The notes below the pieces were generated by a model. It did not search any database. It saw only the letters and a list, made by a program, of their open reading frames with translations, and was not told the origin of the DNA. The position numbers and the translations under genes were made by a program. A stretch of DNA of 64,000 nucleotides from Phoronis australis. Its lineage: Eukaryota; Animalia; Phoronida. This document shows, in pieces, positions 61,716 through 64,000 of this stretch (its first letter is position 1; each line of letters starts with the position of its first letter). Location of the stretch: contig NMRA01000003.1 of NCBI GenBank assembly GCA_002633005.1, forward strand, positions 2,594,883 to 2,658,882, in the 5' to 3' direction.

Positions 61716-63215
61716 TTAAAAGATAGAACGGGTGAAGAACTTCTCCGCCCTTAGGGTCTTGATGACGTCATCCCAAGTAGCTTTAGCTGGAACCTGCGAC
61801 ATCAGTTCACGAGCATCGTGGAACCTCTCGTTGGAGTCTGTCTCCCAGTTTATCAGGCCCATTAGATCGCGTACCTTAGCAAAGTCGCCGTAGTAGGTGG
61901 CACAGGGGTTGTGCTTCAACAACGTTGCGTCTCGAAAGTCCAAGAACTGTGCCTCGTACAAACCATTGGCCTTGATCACAACTATATTGTCCGCACTCAC
62001 GGCTGTCAACATTACGCCTGCTCTATTCAGAACGTTGACCTGTTCACATATGTTAATCAGAACGTCAAGCCACTCTCGGTCCGTCAGTGCAGTAAACCCT
62101 GACTTTTTCTTGTACTCGCTGAGTAGTTGACGCAGTGTCTGTCCTTTGTGGATAGCGCTTCCAGCAAAGTCAATTAAAATTCCCCACGATATGAGAATCG
62201 AGTTTTCCTCTAACGGGAAAAACCCTCGAAACTGAGGCCTGATTCCTCTCTCATTGGCAAACTGGAAAACTTCAACTTCTTTCCAGACGTCGTATAAAGA
62301 TGATGACTCCTTGCGAAACACTTTGAGAGCGTAAAACACCTGCTGCTGCTCAACTAAGTATACACAGCCATAACTACCCTGGTCAATAACGACGGGTTTT
62401 CCGTCACGATAAACATAATGATAGCTCATAGGATCGTGAACAACAGTCGCACCAAATTTCGACTCAAAGTCTGGCAGATGGTGAAAGGGCGACGTCTTGA
62501 ACGTAGGAAATGGGAAAGCTGGTTCATGTTCAGACCAATTCCTACGGTTTTTCTTACTCTTCTTCCTCGAAAACACTGATTTCACTTTTCGCACTGCTCT
62601 CCGGAAAAATGATAACTTTCTCAGTTCGCCGTCTTTATCTGAGCCTCCTCCGTCATCAATCGTTCCTGCTACTGGGACGAAATCAGTTTCTGTCACTCCT
62701 TCGGGAAACACGTCCAGACAATTTTCCGGTAGCTTTATGGAGTTGATATTGCTACTGTCTTCAAATCGATCGTCATCACTAGAGCATCCAGGCAGTGATG
62801 CGTTGTCAGCCTTGGCTTCACCTTCGGAATTGGAGCATCCCAACCCAACATCCTCCTCAGGGATGATTTCCATAGGCCTAGGTGGATCTCGACGAGTACT
62901 GGAGCAATGTACACGTTTATTACGTGTACCTCTATACTGTATTACCCGTTTTTTGGGTTCCGTAGAACAACTAGGGCCTGGCAAGTCGTCACTCTTTACA
63001 ACCTCCTCATGATCGCCGCCCCCCATGTCATCTTCATCACGAATTACTTGCCGTCTACGCGGCTTTCGACTAGTAGTAGACCAATGGGCACCATTGTTGT
63101 GCAGAGCTCGATATTCCTTGATTCGTTTTTTGGCTTTCTCTCTAGAAATGTACAGTTTGAGCCTCTCGTTAGTCTTTTTCAAGATGTACTTTTTCTTCAA
63201 ACTCCTCTCATCCAT
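61716..63215 (-). CDS. Intronless protein-kinase-like protein, predicted pseudokinase, 499 aa
   Basis: Uninterrupted 1500-nt ORF from the ATG at 63215 (the track start at 63224 is TTG). C-terminal half has DQGSYGCVY (Gly loop), YALK (VAIK Lys), KEV (helix C Glu), LTAVSADN in place of HRDxxxxN and DFR in place of DFG. N-terminal half is charged and low-complexity. Confidence 0.85.
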   Translation of the reverse strand: MDERSLKKKYILKKTNERLKLYISREKAKKRIKEYRALHNNGAHWSTTSRKPRRRQVIRDEDDMGGGDHEEVVKSDDLPGPSCSTEPKKRVIQYRGTRNKRVHCSSTRRDPPRPMEIIPEEDVGLGCSNSEGEAKADNASLPGCSSDDDRFEDSSNINSIKLPENCLDVFPEGVTETDFVPVAGTIDDGGGSDKDGELRKLSFFRRAVRKVKSVFSRKKSKKNRRNWSEHEPAFPFPTFKTSPFHHLPDFESKFGATVVHDPMSYHYVYRDGKPVVIDQGSYGCVYLVEQQQVFYALKVFRKESSSLYDVWKEVEVFQFANERGIRPQFRGFFPLEENSILISWGILIDFAGSAIHKGQTLRQLLSEYKKKSGFTALTDREWLDVLINICEQVNVLNRAGVMLTAVSADNIVVIKANGLYEAQFLDFRDATLLKHNPCATYYGDFAKVRDLMGLINWETDSNERFHDARELMSQVPAKATWDDVIKTLRAEKFFTRSIF

Positions 63216-64000
63216 TCTTTTCAATTATTATACCTCCACTAAGGTAAACGTCTGTCCTGTTCAGCTATGGTCAACCATGCGCATTATAAATTACGAATTA
63301 GTGTTTGTTACGTCACGCTTTATTGTGTAATATAGATCGTGACGTCTTGTTATGAAATTCCATTATAGTTAATTTTCCTCAATATATTTAAATTGAAAAA
63401 CAGTCTTATGCATCGGGAAAATAAATACTAAAGTACTTCAGTCGAGATTTAGATTACATTTATATTTTAATAATAAATCGGAATGGGGTCGAGATTTCCG
63501 TTACCAGTTGCTTCGTCACATCGTTAAGACGTTTTTTTGGAAAATAATGACCGAATTTGTGTTTAGAATAGGAAAAACATAGCAATTTTAATGTTTTATT
63601 TTAACTAAAACAAAGACAAACGTTCAGAAATCACCAGACTTATTATTTGTTGCGACTAATGGGTGCTTTCGACAAAAATTATTGTCAATCTATACGAAAT
63701 GATTACTAAAGAACGCTATTAACCAAAAACCACGTCTTACTTTTGATGTAATTTAAATTTGGATAACTGGCTGTGTATATAAAAGCACTGGACGTGGACC
63801 ATCAGACTAGTGCCGAGAACGAGACCAATATTTCGGGGGGTATCCGGGTGGTTCATTTCTCATAAATAGGGACGTGCCACATTTCACGACTGATTCCCTT
63901 CGAAACGTTGCCTATATTCTTACACAAGTCCCTTCGAAAGGGTGCCTTTTCTGGCAAAAATACCTCAAAGCTTTCACTTTGGGATTTCGAAGCCACACAA

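Noticed and set aside
62497-63330. Plus-strand ORFs opposite the kinase-like gene (likewise 691-1003, 17500-17796, 31916-32173, 41855-42244)
   Set aside because: Antisense shadows of real coding exons with no recognisable motifs.

Overview
This is eukaryotic (animal, probably invertebrate) genomic DNA with AT-rich introns, not a prokaryotic locus. About 60 kb is one minus-strand multi-exon gene, a PTPN13 (FAP-1/PTP-BAS/PTPL1) orthologue. I traced 35 coding exons by hand between 56203 and the window edge. All have GT-AG junctions and consistent phases, giving about 2,690 codons with the order KIND, FERM, five PDZ domains, then the start of the tyrosine phosphatase domain (KNRY), which continues beyond position 1. 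A GC/CpG-rich putative non-coding first exon lies at about 59931-60450. The introns hold a decayed near-full-length LINE nested inside a MITE with 6-bp TSDs, a Penelope-like GIY-YIG remnant interrupted by a tRNA-derived SINE, an L1/Tx1-like remnant, several fold-back MITEs and tandem repeats. There is also a probable haplotype-duplication assembly artefact at the single N (41194). Upstream on the same strand is an intronless 499-aa ORF with a divergent kinase-fold domain lacking the catalytic Asp. This predicted pseudokinase is the least explained element in the window. I see no firm evidence of a new multi-gene system.
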